44,303 nucleotides of DNA, from assembly GCA_040386535.1 (NCBI GenBank), contig JAZKFH010000027.1:1-44303 (forward strand), written 5' to 3'. The notes under the pieces were generated by a model. It did not search any database and was not told the DNA's origin. It saw only the letters and a program-made list of their open reading frames with translations. Positions 1-8,661 of this stretch are shown here, piece after piece. Position numbers and translations under genes: made by a program. Numbering within the stretch: the stretch's first letter is position 1; every line of letters starts with the position of its first letter. Source of the stretch: Myxococcota bacterium. GTDB lineage: Bacteria; Myxococcota_A; UBA796; SXON01.

Positions 1-272
1 TATGGGGCGATCATCCGGGAGCAGTGACCTGTCAAGATGTGACTAGTGATGAGGCGCCAGGTCCCCCCCGATGTGGCCGATCACGTGGCTGCGAGCGGCC
101 ACCCATCGGAGGATTCGTGCGCCAAGCCCCCCTCCGATGGGTGCTGCGCGAGCGGAGTCGCCCGTGGCGACGCATCGAAGGGGCTCGTGTGCTCGCGGAC
201 CGGCGTGGCGCGATGCGCACTCTCGACAACTCGACGCTCCAGGGCATCGCCCACACGGTAGAAGAGCTCGTG

Positions 273-955
273 ATGCTCGCCCTCTTCCTCGCCTGCACCG
301 GCCCCGAGCCCGCCGCGGACCCCCCGCCCGGACACCGCCGGCGGCGCAGACACCGACTCGGGCGGCGACACCGACACCGCGGACACCGACACCGCAACCC
401 CCGGCGACGGCGACGGTGACGGCCACCTCGCACCGGAGCACGGCGGCGACGACTGTGACGACGCCAACCCGTGGGTGTACCCGGGCGCCCCCGAGTATTG
501 CGACGCCGTCGACCAGGACTGCGACGGCGAGCCGCTCGCCCCCGGGGGGTGCGGCGACGAGGCGCCGATGCAGGCGGCCGGCCACCAGGTGATGGATACA
601 CTCGCGCTGTACGGGAGCGCGGGCCACTGACGAGCGAATCCTCTACACCCAGTCGCTCGACTTCGACGGCGATGGGACGGACGAGTTGCTCATCACGGAG
701 TCGTACGGTGGCCCCACCCACGTCGTGCGCGGCGGCACGCTCCCGGGGCCCCACGATGCGCTGCCCGAGCGCCGCCTCATCTTCAACGACGGCAGCGTCG
801 CGACCGTGTGCGGCTCCAGCTCTTGCGTCGGGGACTTCGACGGCGACGGCTTCGAGGACCTCGTCGGGACCTACATGGACACCGATCGCGCGGTCCTCGA
901 CGCCTGGATCCTCCGCGGCTTCGCCGTGCCCTGGGAGGAGGATGCCTGGTGGTGA
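273..955 (+). pseudogene. Frameshifted lipoprotein with a MopE-type metal-binding repeat and FG-GAP repeats
   Basis: Three segments in three frames. ATG273 gives MLALFLAC (lipobox-like). From about 331, another frame gives a DT-rich linker and DGDGDGH...DCDDANPWVYPGAPEYCDAVDQDCDG, ending at TGA 628-630. From about 629 to 955, the third frame gives LDFDGDGTDELLI and VGDFDGDGFEDLVG, ending PWEEDAWW. Confidence 0.7.
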
Positions 956-1001
956 ACCACCCGGCGCACCCAACCCCCTCCGATCGAGATAGTCCGCCCC
1001 G

Positions 1002-3323
1002 GTGCGCCTCCGCCACGCCCCCGTCCTCGTCGCAACCGTGCTCGCTCTCGTCGGGATCGGCCACTGGCCCCTCTGGCAGGACGAGGCCTTCACCTGGGCG
1101 CTGATCCAGCAGAGCGCCGGCGCCATCGTGGACGGCGCCGCCGGGGACCGCCATCCGCCGCTCTACTACCTGCTCGTGGCGCCGCTGCGTGTGTTCGGCG
1201 ATCGCGACGAGCTCGTCCGGTTGCCATCGGCGCTCGCGTTCATCGCGGCGGTGTGGATCGCGGGGAGCGCCGCGCGCCGCCACATCAGCGAGAACGTCGG
1301 CACGCTCGTGGGCTTCACGATCGCGCTTTCGCCCGTCGCGCTCCTCCACGCGAACAACGCGCGTATGTACGCGCTCCTGCTGTTGTGGGGCGCCGGCCTG
1401 TTGTGGGGCGGGCTGGAGCTGGTGTGTGGCGACAAGCCGCGTCGGGGTGCGCTCGCGCTCGGGCTCGCCGCGGCGGGCGCGGTGTGGACGCACTACGCGG
1501 GCCTCGCGGGCATCGCGGCGGGCGGCGCCGGGGCCGCGCTGGGCTGCCTCGCGCGGGTAGACCTTCCCTGGAAGGCGCGCTTCGGTCGCGTCGGCTGGCT
1601 CGTGCTCGCCATGGGCATCGCGGGCGTGAGCTTCATCCCCTGGGCCACGGGCCCGCTCCAGTTCCAGCTCGTCAACAAGGACGCGCCGGCCGAGCGCACG
1701 CTCACCGTGCTCGCCTACGCGCTCTGGAACTTCGACAACCGCGTGCCCCCCCTCTCCATCGCGCTCGTGATCGCGCAGATCGCGGGCCTGATCGTGCTCC
1801 TTCGCCGTCGCGACCCGCCCAGCGTCGTGCTCGGGGTGTGGGCGCTCGGGGGCCTGGTGGTTCCATGGGTGCTCTCCCGCTCGCTCCCGGCGCAGAACCC
1901 GAGAAACTACCTCGACTTCCTCCCGGCCGCGGCGGTGCTCGTGGCGCTCGCGGTGCAGCGCTGGCCCCGCGCGGCGATCGCCGGCCTCGTGCTCCTCTCG
2001 GCGGAACCGCTCTCTGACCTGCTCAGCCGCACGGTGAGCCCCCAGGAGCCGGGCATCGGGTTCGACTACCACGTCGAGGCCGACGTCATCGACGCCTCCG
2101 TGCCCGCCAACGCCGGCTTCTACTTCCGCCCCACCTACATGCTCACGCAGTACCGTCGCTACGCGCCCGCGCTCGAAGCGCGCACGACGCTCCCGGTGAC
2201 CGGCAACGCGTGGATCGCGTCGCCCCGCACCGAGTGGCTCGACTCGTCCATCACCGCCCGGTACACCGAGGCGTGCACGTTCCGGCAGGCCTTCCGCGTG
2301 GTCGTGTACGCGCCGGACGGCGCCGGGTGTGACGCGATGGCCGCCTGGGTCCGCGCCGGCGCCGAGGCCGGCTACGCGCCGTTCCGCATCGAGATGGGGA
2401 CGCGTGCGCTCGCCGCCAACCGGGTCGCCGAGGCCGAGGAGTGGGTTCGACCCGCCGCCGAGGCCGTGCGCGCCCACCCCGCGGCGTGGATCACGCTCAC
2501 CGACATCCGCCTCCGCGCCCAGGACGGGGCCGGCATGCTCGCCGCGGCGGACGCGGCGCTCGCGACCGCCAAGAGCTGGCACTTCCCCGGGCGCGTCATC
2601 GGCGGGGTCCACAACACGCGCGCCCGAGCCCTCGCGATGCTCGCGCGGGACGAGGAGGCCGCCGCCGCGCGCCTCGCCGGCACCTGCGCGCAGAACAGCC
2701 CGCTCCCAGCGTTGTGCGGCACCTGGGCCGCGTCCCTGGTCCCCACGCTCGCGCCGCTCGACACCCCGCCGCCCACGCTCCCGCCGCTCCCCGCGCTCAC
2801 CGAGCCGCAACAGTCGGCGCCGCCCGCCGATCCCCCGCATGGCGCCGAGCGCCTCACCTTGTGGGCCCTCGAAGGCGAGGCCCTCCCCGCGGGCTGGGCC
2901 GATGGTGTGGGCACTCCCGACGATCCCTCGGGCCTCATGGAGCCGACCGACGGCCACAACAGCCTCGTCCTCCGCGTGCGCCCCGACCGCCCCGCCGCCG
3001 TCGTGTGCGCCACGCTGGTCGACGCGGCGCCCCGCATGGCCCTGCGCGCCCGCTGGCGCCTGCATGCCGACGGGGCCCCCGGCTGGACGCGCCTGGTGTT
3101 CGAGGCCCGCCTCGCGGACGCCGAGGGCAACGTGAAGAAGCTCCTGGACCAGCCCGTGATGGAGCGCCCGCTCCAGACCGCCACCCCCACGACCTGGCGC
3201 GTGGACCGCTTCGACTTCCGCACGACCGACGCCGCGAAGGTGCGGCTCTGCGCCAAGCTGGAGGGCAAGGTGCCCGCCACGGCCTCCATCGACTGGATCG
3301 AGATCGCCAAGGTGGACGAATGA
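1002..3323 (+). CDS. GT-C (PMT/GT39-like) membrane glycosyltransferase with a C-terminal extracytoplasmic helical region and beta-sandwich domain
   Basis: LWQDEAFT (DE loop), HPPLYYLL, NARMYALL, THY and PRNY motifs, about 10 hydrophobic segments, then a soluble C-terminal half. Confidence 0.8.
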   Translation: MRLRHAPVLVATVLALVGIGHWPLWQDEAFTWALIQQSAGAIVDGAAGDRHPPLYYLLVAPLRVFGDRDELVRLPSALAFIAAVWIAGSAARRHISENVGTLVGFTIALSPVALLHANNARMYALLLLWGAGLLWGGLELVCGDKPRRGALALGLAAAGAVWTHYAGLAGIAAGGAGAALGCLARVDLPWKARFGRVGWLVLAMGIAGVSFIPWATGPLQFQLVNKDAPAERTLTVLAYALWNFDNRVPPLSIALVIAQIAGLIVLLRRRDPPSVVLGVWALGGLVVPWVLSRSLPAQNPRNYLDFLPAAAVLVALAVQRWPRAAIAGLVLLSAEPLSDLLSRTVSPQEPGIGFDYHVEADVIDASVPANAGFYFRPTYMLTQYRRYAPALEARTTLPVTGNAWIASPRTEWLDSSITARYTEACTFRQAFRVVVYAPDGAGCDAMAAWVRAGAEAGYAPFRIEMGTRALAANRVAEAEEWVRPAAEAVRAHPAAWITLTDIRLRAQDGAGMLAAADAALATAKSWHFPGRVIGGVHNTRARALAMLARDEEAAAARLAGTCAQNSPLPALCGTWAASLVPTLAPLDTPPPTLPPLPALTEPQQSAPPADPPHGAERLTLWALEGEALPAGWADGVGTPDDPSGLMEPTDGHNSLVLRVRPDRPAAVVCATLVDAAPRMALRARWRLHADGAPGWTRLVFEARLADAEGNVKKLLDQPVMERPLQTATPTTWRVDRFDFRTTDAAKVRLCAKLEGKVPATASIDWIEIAKVDE

Positions 3324-5599
3324 GCTCGATTCCTGTCGAAAAGCGGACCGACCCCCGGATCGAGCGCCCCGTCCTCGCCGCCGTGGCCGCCCTCTGTGTG
3401 CTTGCCACATACAACGCCCTCTATTTCTTCCCCATCACCGTCGACGACGCGTTCATCAGCCTCCGTTACGCCTGGAACCTCGCGCACGGGCAGGGCTTCG
3501 TCTTCAACCCCGGCGAGCGCGTCGAGGGCTACTCCAACCCGAGCTGGACGCTGCTCGCGGCCCTGTTCATCAAGCTCGGCGTCGAGCCGCTCGTGGCGCT
3601 CAAGTGGGTGGGCGTCGCGTGTGTCGGCGTGCTCCCGGCGGTGGCGTGGTGGGCGTCGCGGCAGCTCGGGCTCGGCGCGCGGTGGGGGCTCCTGCCCGCG
3701 GCGCTCTGCGCGGTCGATCTGAACATCGCCTTCTGGGCCCCCAACGGCCTGGAGGCCCCGCTCTGGACCGTGCTGCTCGCCGCGTTCCCCGGCCTGCTCG
3801 CCCGGCGCTGGACCGTGGGCGAGCGCTTCCCCGTGAGCGCGCTGGTGGGCGCGGCGCTGTACGTCACGCGTCCGGAAGCGCCGCTGTTCGTCGCGCCCGC
3901 TCTGCTCTACGAAGGGTACCGCGCCGTGCGCGAACCGTCGCGACGCAAGGCCGCGTTCGCGTGGGCCGCGACCCTGGCAGTGCCGTGCCTCGCGTGGCTC
4001 GGCTTCCGCATCGCCTACTACGGCGACTGGGTCGCCAACACCTACTACGTCAAGGCGTCGGACGGCTTCCACCCGGACATCTTCAAGAAGTACCTCGCGA
4101 GCTGGCTCGTCGTGAACGCGCCGATGACCGGTGCGCTGCTCGCGCTCTCCGCGCCCCTCGCGTTGCGCACGGTCGGCGGGCGGCTCTCGGTCGCCGCGCT
4201 CGGCATCCAGCTCCTCTTCGTGCTCCGCGCGGGCGGCGACTGGATGGCGCAGAACCGCTTCTGGGGCCCCGCCGTGCCGCTCGCCGGCTACGTCATCGCG
4301 ACCGGCGCCGCCTCGCTCGCCGAGCTCCTCGTCGGCAGGGGCCAGGCGCTCGCCCCGCGGATCGTCGTCGCCGCGGTGGTGCTCCCGCTGCTTCCGCAAG
4401 CGTGGCGCCACCTCACGCTCGAGTTCCTCTACCTGGACAACGGCAAGCCGAGCGTGGTGGCGCGCTGGGAGGGCAACACGAAGCGCACGATCGACCGCGT
4501 GCAGGGCTCCTTCCGCACCGGCGTGCCCGAGCGTGTGGCCCGCGTGCTCGAATACGTGCCCGACGGCGCCTCCCTCGCACACTCCGAGATCGGCCTGCTC
4601 GCGTACGTGTCCGACAACCCGATCCTGGATGCGTTCGGCCTCGTCGACCGCCGCCTCTCCGGCGCCTCCGGCGAGAAGCTGGCCGACGTGATCGAGAGCC
4701 TCCCGCCGCCCGACTACCTGCTCATGCGCGAGCAGGTCCCGATGCTCACACAGATGACGCGCACCACCTGGTACGCCGGCCAGGCGTACACCGAGCGCCA
4801 GCGTTGGCAGAACGTGTGGTTGGAGGCCCCGGCCGCCACCGGCGAGGTCGGCCGCCTCCCGCCCGCGCAGGCGTTCCTCCGCCTCGACCGCGCCGTCGAC
4901 CGGGTGCCCCGCGACGTGACGTTCCACCTCGCCCGCATCGATCTCGCGCGCACCGTGGGCGACAAGGAGCGCGAGGCCCGGTACTGCGCCGCCGCCGGTG
5001 CCGCGATCCCCGCGCTCGCGACGTACTGCAAGGGGTCGCCGGCCGGCGCCGCGCCCGGGTCCCCGGCGGCCGTATTCCGCCCCTTCGTCCCGCAGACCGT
5101 CAACCTCGGCTTCGAGGCCGCCACCGACGGCAAACCCGACGGGTGGAGCCCGGTCCCCTTCGTGGCGACCACCTACGAGCTCGTGACCACCGACGTGATC
5201 GGCACCGCGGCGCTCCAGATCACCGGCAGCCAGTGGGTGTGCAGCGACTGGGCGCCCGTCAACGGCGACATCCGGGTCTCCGGCAAGGTGCGCGCCGCCG
5301 ACATCACCGGCGCCAAGAACGAGCGCCAGGGCGCCGCGGTGAGCCTCCGCATCCGCAGCGCCGGGCAGAAGGACGAGGACCTCCCCATCCTCAAGGCGTG
5401 GACCGGCACCACCGCCTGGCAGGACTTCGCCTTCGTCTGGCCCGCGCTCCCGACCTACACCGAGTACCGGGCGTGCGTGGGCCTCAACAACGCCCTCGGC
5501 GCCGCGATCTTCGACGACGTCGCCGCCGGCACCGAGGACGCCCCCGAAGGCACCGTGGTGCCCGCCGCCCCGCCCCCCACGACAGCGGCCACGCCGTGA
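3320..5599 (+). CDS. GT-C glycosyltransferase (AftB/arabinofuranosyltransferase-like) with a C-terminal carbohydrate-binding-like domain
   Basis: ATG3320 overlaps the upstream TGA (ATGA). Motifs DDAFISLRY-GERVEGYSNP, GLEAPL, TRPEA, NTYYVK, GGDWM..RF and D..GLVD are typical of this family. Confidence 0.82.
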   Translation: MSSIPVEKRTDPRIERPVLAAVAALCVLATYNALYFFPITVDDAFISLRYAWNLAHGQGFVFNPGERVEGYSNPSWTLLAALFIKLGVEPLVALKWVGVACVGVLPAVAWWASRQLGLGARWGLLPAALCAVDLNIAFWAPNGLEAPLWTVLLAAFPGLLARRWTVGERFPVSALVGAALYVTRPEAPLFVAPALLYEGYRAVREPSRRKAAFAWAATLAVPCLAWLGFRIAYYGDWVANTYYVKASDGFHPDIFKKYLASWLVVNAPMTGALLALSAPLALRTVGGRLSVAALGIQLLFVLRAGGDWMAQNRFWGPAVPLAGYVIATGAASLAELLVGRGQALAPRIVVAAVVLPLLPQAWRHLTLEFLYLDNGKPSVVARWEGNTKRTIDRVQGSFRTGVPERVARVLEYVPDGASLAHSEIGLLAYVSDNPILDAFGLVDRRLSGASGEKLADVIESLPPPDYLLMREQVPMLTQMTRTTWYAGQAYTERQRWQNVWLEAPAATGEVGRLPPAQAFLRLDRAVDRVPRDVTFHLARIDLARTVGDKEREARYCAAAGAAIPALATYCKGSPAGAAPGSPAAVFRPFVPQTVNLGFEAATDGKPDGWSPVPFVATTYELVTTDVIGTAALQITGSQWVCSDWAPVNGDIRVSGKVRAADITGAKNERQGAAVSLRIRSAGQKDEDLPILKAWTGTTAWQDFAFVWPALPTYTEYRACVGLNNALGAAIFDDVAAGTEDAPEGTVVPAAPPPTTAATP

Positions 5600-6693
5600 T
5601 CCTCGCCCTCCTCGCCCTCTCTGCGTGCACCCCCGAGGCCGACGTGAGCGCGCTCCCGCCGATCGCGAGCGTGCCGCTGGTGCCCGACGCCGACGTTGCC
5701 GCGGTCACCGGCGAGTCCAAGGCGCTGGAGATGGATTTTGCCGGCGGCACGAACGGTGCCCCCTACGGCATGGCGTTCTTCATCCCGCCGGGCACCCGAG
5801 CCGTCGCGACGGCGGGCCTGCTCTCGGACGGGTCGGAGGGCTTCACCTTCACGGCCGAGGCGCCGGGCGACGCGGTGGTGTGCAGCCAGGCCATCGGCGT
5901 CGCCGGGCCGATCACCATCACCGCGCGCCATCGCGTCGCGACATTGGGGGCGGTCGCTCAGGCGTGGCACGGCGCCCAGGTCGAGCTCCGCGCGCGCACG
6001 GCGGAGGGCCTGCTCGTCGAGGTCCCCGGCACCCGCTACCTCCCGCTCCGCCAAATCAACGCCGCGGGCGACTGGGCCACCTGGGAGCAGCGCGTCGACC
6101 CCCCCGCCGGCGCCCGCAAGGTCGAGCTCTGCTGGCGCATCGTCGGCACCACCGGCACGCTCGAGGTCGACCGCGCCACCGTCGTGAGCGACGGCGTGCC
6201 GCTCCCCGTCGCCGCGCCCGTCGTGTCGGTGCGGTGGGACCTCGACACCCCCGGCCCGAGCGGCGCCCCCGAGGGCTTCGACTTCATGGTCCCGCCCGGC
6301 ACCCGCGGCGCCTCCATCGTCACCGACGACGGCGCCATCCATTTTGAGACCACCGCCGCGAGCAACGCCCTCGCGTGCAGCCAGCCCTTCTCCGTCGCCC
6401 CCGGCATGTTGTTCCGCGGCCGCTACCGCCTGCGCGCGCTGGAGACAGACACGCGCGCCTGGACCGGGTTCGTCGCCGAGGTGCGCACCTACGACATGAT
6501 CGGCGGCCTCGCGTCGCCCGGCGGCGTGCCCTTCACCGTGCTCCAGACCTGGAAGGCGCCCACCGCCGACTGGGCCGAGTTCGAGAGCGCCTTCGCCCCG
6601 CCCACGGGCGCGGTCACGGGCAAGCTCTGCTTCCGGTTCGTCGAGTCGACGGGGGCGGTGGATCTCGACTGGGCGGCGGTGGGGCCGGGGTAG
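5596..6693 (+). CDS. Lipoprotein with two tandem CBM-like beta-sandwich domains
   Basis: GTG5596 overlaps the upstream TGA (GTGA). Lipobox in MILALLALSAC. Internal duplication: F.(I/V)PPGTR...CSQ...W.G...E.R...PP.GA....LC.R, seen twice. Confidence 0.75.
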   Translation: MILALLALSACTPEADVSALPPIASVPLVPDADVAAVTGESKALEMDFAGGTNGAPYGMAFFIPPGTRAVATAGLLSDGSEGFTFTAEAPGDAVVCSQAIGVAGPITITARHRVATLGAVAQAWHGAQVELRARTAEGLLVEVPGTRYLPLRQINAAGDWATWEQRVDPPAGARKVELCWRIVGTTGTLEVDRATVVSDGVPLPVAAPVVSVRWDLDTPGPSGAPEGFDFMVPPGTRGASIVTDDGAIHFETTAASNALACSQPFSVAPGMLFRGRYRLRALETDTRAWTGFVAEVRTYDMIGGLASPGGVPFTVLQTWKAPTADWAEFESAFAPPTGAVTGKLCFRFVESTGAVDLDWAAVGPG

Positions 6694-6700
6694 CGCTCCT

Positions 6701-7369
6701 TCACGCCCCCCGCGCCACGCCCAGCTTCGGCCGCACCGACCGCTGCCACGCCAGGATCGCGGGCACGCCGACGAACGTGGGCGCCATCCACACGAGCCAG
6801 GTAGGCAGGCCGAGGTCGAGCCGATGGGCGTTGACCACCAGGAACGCCGTCACCGTCCCGATCCCGGAGCCGAGCATCCCGCCGATGTGCTCGTTCAGCC
6901 ACTCCTTGGGCTTCGGGGCCCGCGACCACCACCGCAGCGCGCCGCCGCCGAGGAACATCCCCAGTACGCCGAACGCCGCGAACAACACGACGCCCCGGGC
7001 CAGCCCCCAGCCCGCCATCGCCACGCCGGCGACCAGGAGCAAAGCGGGGAGTGCCATCTCGGGCGCGCCCATCACCGGCCCCTTCCGCGCCTTGTGGTGG
7101 ATCGCGCGGAGGCCGTGCACCGTCGTCATCGCGGCCAGCACCGCCACGAACAGCAGGAACAGGCCGCCGTCGCGGGTGGCGGGATCCGGGATCTTCACGG
7201 CAGCCACGACCGCGCCGGTCGCGGCCGAGAGGCCCATCGCGTAGGCGTACACGCGCCCGGAGCGGACGTGCACCGTGCCGCCCTTGCGGGAGGCGAGCGG
7301 CACCCCGAGGCTCAACAGCCCCACAGCCCCTGCGCCGATGTGGATCCAGCGGACCAGCTCGTAGATCAA
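6701..7369 (-). CDS. DUF2306-like integral membrane protein
   Basis: Probable TTG start at 7369. WIHIGAG..GL, KGG..H.RSGRVY and EHIGGM....IGTVTAF patterns; about 6 TM segments. Confidence 0.7.
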   Translation of the reverse strand: MIYELVRWIHIGAGAVGLLSLGVPLASRKGGTVHVRSGRVYAYAMGLSAATGAVVAAVKIPDPATRDGGLFLLFVAVLAAMTTVHGLRAIHHKARKGPVMGAPEMALPALLLVAGVAMAGWGLARGVVLFAAFGVLGMFLGGGALRWWSRAPKPKEWLNEHIGGMLGSGIGTVTAFLVVNAHRLDLGLPTWLVWMAPTFVGVPAILAWQRSVRPKLGVARGA

Positions 7370-7477
7370 GGCCAAACCCCCGTTCGTCGCAACGATACAA
7401 CAGTGAGGATCGGACGGGGCCCGCGCCGCGCGAGGCGCGCGTCGCCGCGTGTCTTCCGGGCGCGCGCTCCGCGCTTG

Positions 7478-7524
7478 GTCGGCGGCTCTGGGAGCGCGAC
7501 GGTCGCGCTCCCAGAGCCGCCGAC
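7478..7524. repeat. Perfect 47-bp palindrome (23-bp arms, 1-nt centre); REP-like element or terminator
   Basis: GTCGGCGGCTCTGGGAGCGCGAC-G-GTCGCGCTCCCAGAGCCGCCGAC in the intergenic space. Confidence 0.9.
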
Positions 7525-7578
7525 TCGCCGCCGAGGACGGCGGCGCCCCTCCAGCCCCGCTGGGCCGGGCGTGCACCG

Positions 7579-8139
7579 TCAAAACGCCGTCGTCATCCCC
7601 ACCTCGAACGCGAAGCCGACTTCGGCGCCGACCTCGTCGTCGGCCGGGCCCGCATGCCGACCGATCTGGATCGGCACCCGCGCGGCCGGTGTCAGCACGC
7701 CCGAGCGTCCGATCTCGAGGTTCATTCCTACGCGCGGGATGACCTCGAGGTCGGCATGGTCGCCGTCGTACCCGACCCCGACGCCGAGGCCACCGAACAG
7801 GAACACCTGCCGCGCCTCCGAGAGCGGGAGGTGGAAGCTGGGCTCGAGCACGACGGAGCCGGACGTGGTGGCGACGGCCGCCGCGGGGCGGAGGTGGGAG
7901 AGCCGCGTCAGGACGGAGACTTCGACGTTGTCACGCACGAACCAACCCACCGAGGGGCCGAGGTGCACTGCGAACAGATCCTTCGTCCAACTCACGGCGA
8001 GGCTCCCGCCGACCTCTACGCTCCCCTCGTCGCTGTACACCCCGTCGTCCGGGTCCTCGGCCTCCTGCGCCCGCGCTGCGCCCATCCCACCGACCAACAC
8101 AATCGCCATCGCCACGCGGGCCGGAAGTGTCCATCTCAT
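7579..8139 (-). CDS. Small outer-membrane beta-barrel protein
   Basis: Signal peptide ending ARA-Q, alternating hydrophobic beta-strands, C-terminal Phe (GMTTAF). Confidence 0.65.
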   Translation of the reverse strand: MRWTLPARVAMAIVLVGGMGAARAQEAEDPDDGVYSDEGSVEVGGSLAVSWTKDLFAVHLGPSVGWFVRDNVEVSVLTRLSHLRPAAAVATTSGSVVLEPSFHLPLSEARQVFLFGGLGVGVGYDGDHADLEVIPRVGMNLEIGRSGVLTPAARVPIQIGRHAGPADDEVGAEVGFAFEVGMTTAF

Positions 8140-8154
8140 CTCGCTCTCCTTGCC

Positions 8155-8631
8155 TCAGGGGCCCTTGGGTTGGTTGTCACGCGGCGCGCCCCGGGCCCTG
8201 CGCACCCCCCAGAACGCCGCGCTGAGCGCCCCGACCAGGCCGGCCAGCCCGATGAGGGACAACCCGTCCGTCTTTCCCATGTCGAGGATGATGACCTTCT
8301 GCGCGATGGCGATGAGCGCCACCTCGAGCACGATCTCCACGTGGATCACCCGCTCGAACAGGTACGACTTCAGGGTCGCGAGGAGCTCCAACCCGATGAG
8401 CACCAGCAGGAAGAAGCCGAAGATCTCGAAGGTCTCCTCCACGTCCAGCGGCAGCATCGCGCCCGTCCGAAGATCCATGACGAGCAGCCAACCCAGCTCC
8501 AGCGTGCACACCGTGGTGACGACCATCAGGAGCGCCATCAGGATGAGCACCACGGCGTGTTCGAAGTGCCGGATGACGCGGGCGACGAGGTCGCTGCCCG
8601 GCGGCGTGGTGTGGTCCGTGGAACCAGCCAT
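8155..8631 (-). CDS. Phosphate-starvation-inducible PsiE family membrane protein
   Basis: FLLVLIGLELL.T.K.Y and VLEVALIAIAQKVIILD signature; GGAGG-like RBS upstream. Confidence 0.85.
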   Translation of the reverse strand: MAGSTDHTTPPGSDLVARVIRHFEHAVVLILMALLMVVTTVCTLELGWLLVMDLRTGAMLPLDVEETFEIFGFFLLVLIGLELLATLKSYLFERVIHVEIVLEVALIAIAQKVIILDMGKTDGLSLIGLAGLVGALSAAFWGVRRARGAPRDNQPKGP

Positions 8632-8661
8632 GGTGCTCTCGCCTCCTCGCGGCCCCGGACG

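Noticed and set aside
2441..3319. N-terminal extensions in the ORF track (also 3604-5595, 9802-10452, 13026-13646, 16150-16686, 20910-21266)
   Set aside because: Low-complexity alternate-frame read-through overlapping upstream genes. Internal starts have an RBS, stop-start coupling or signal peptides.
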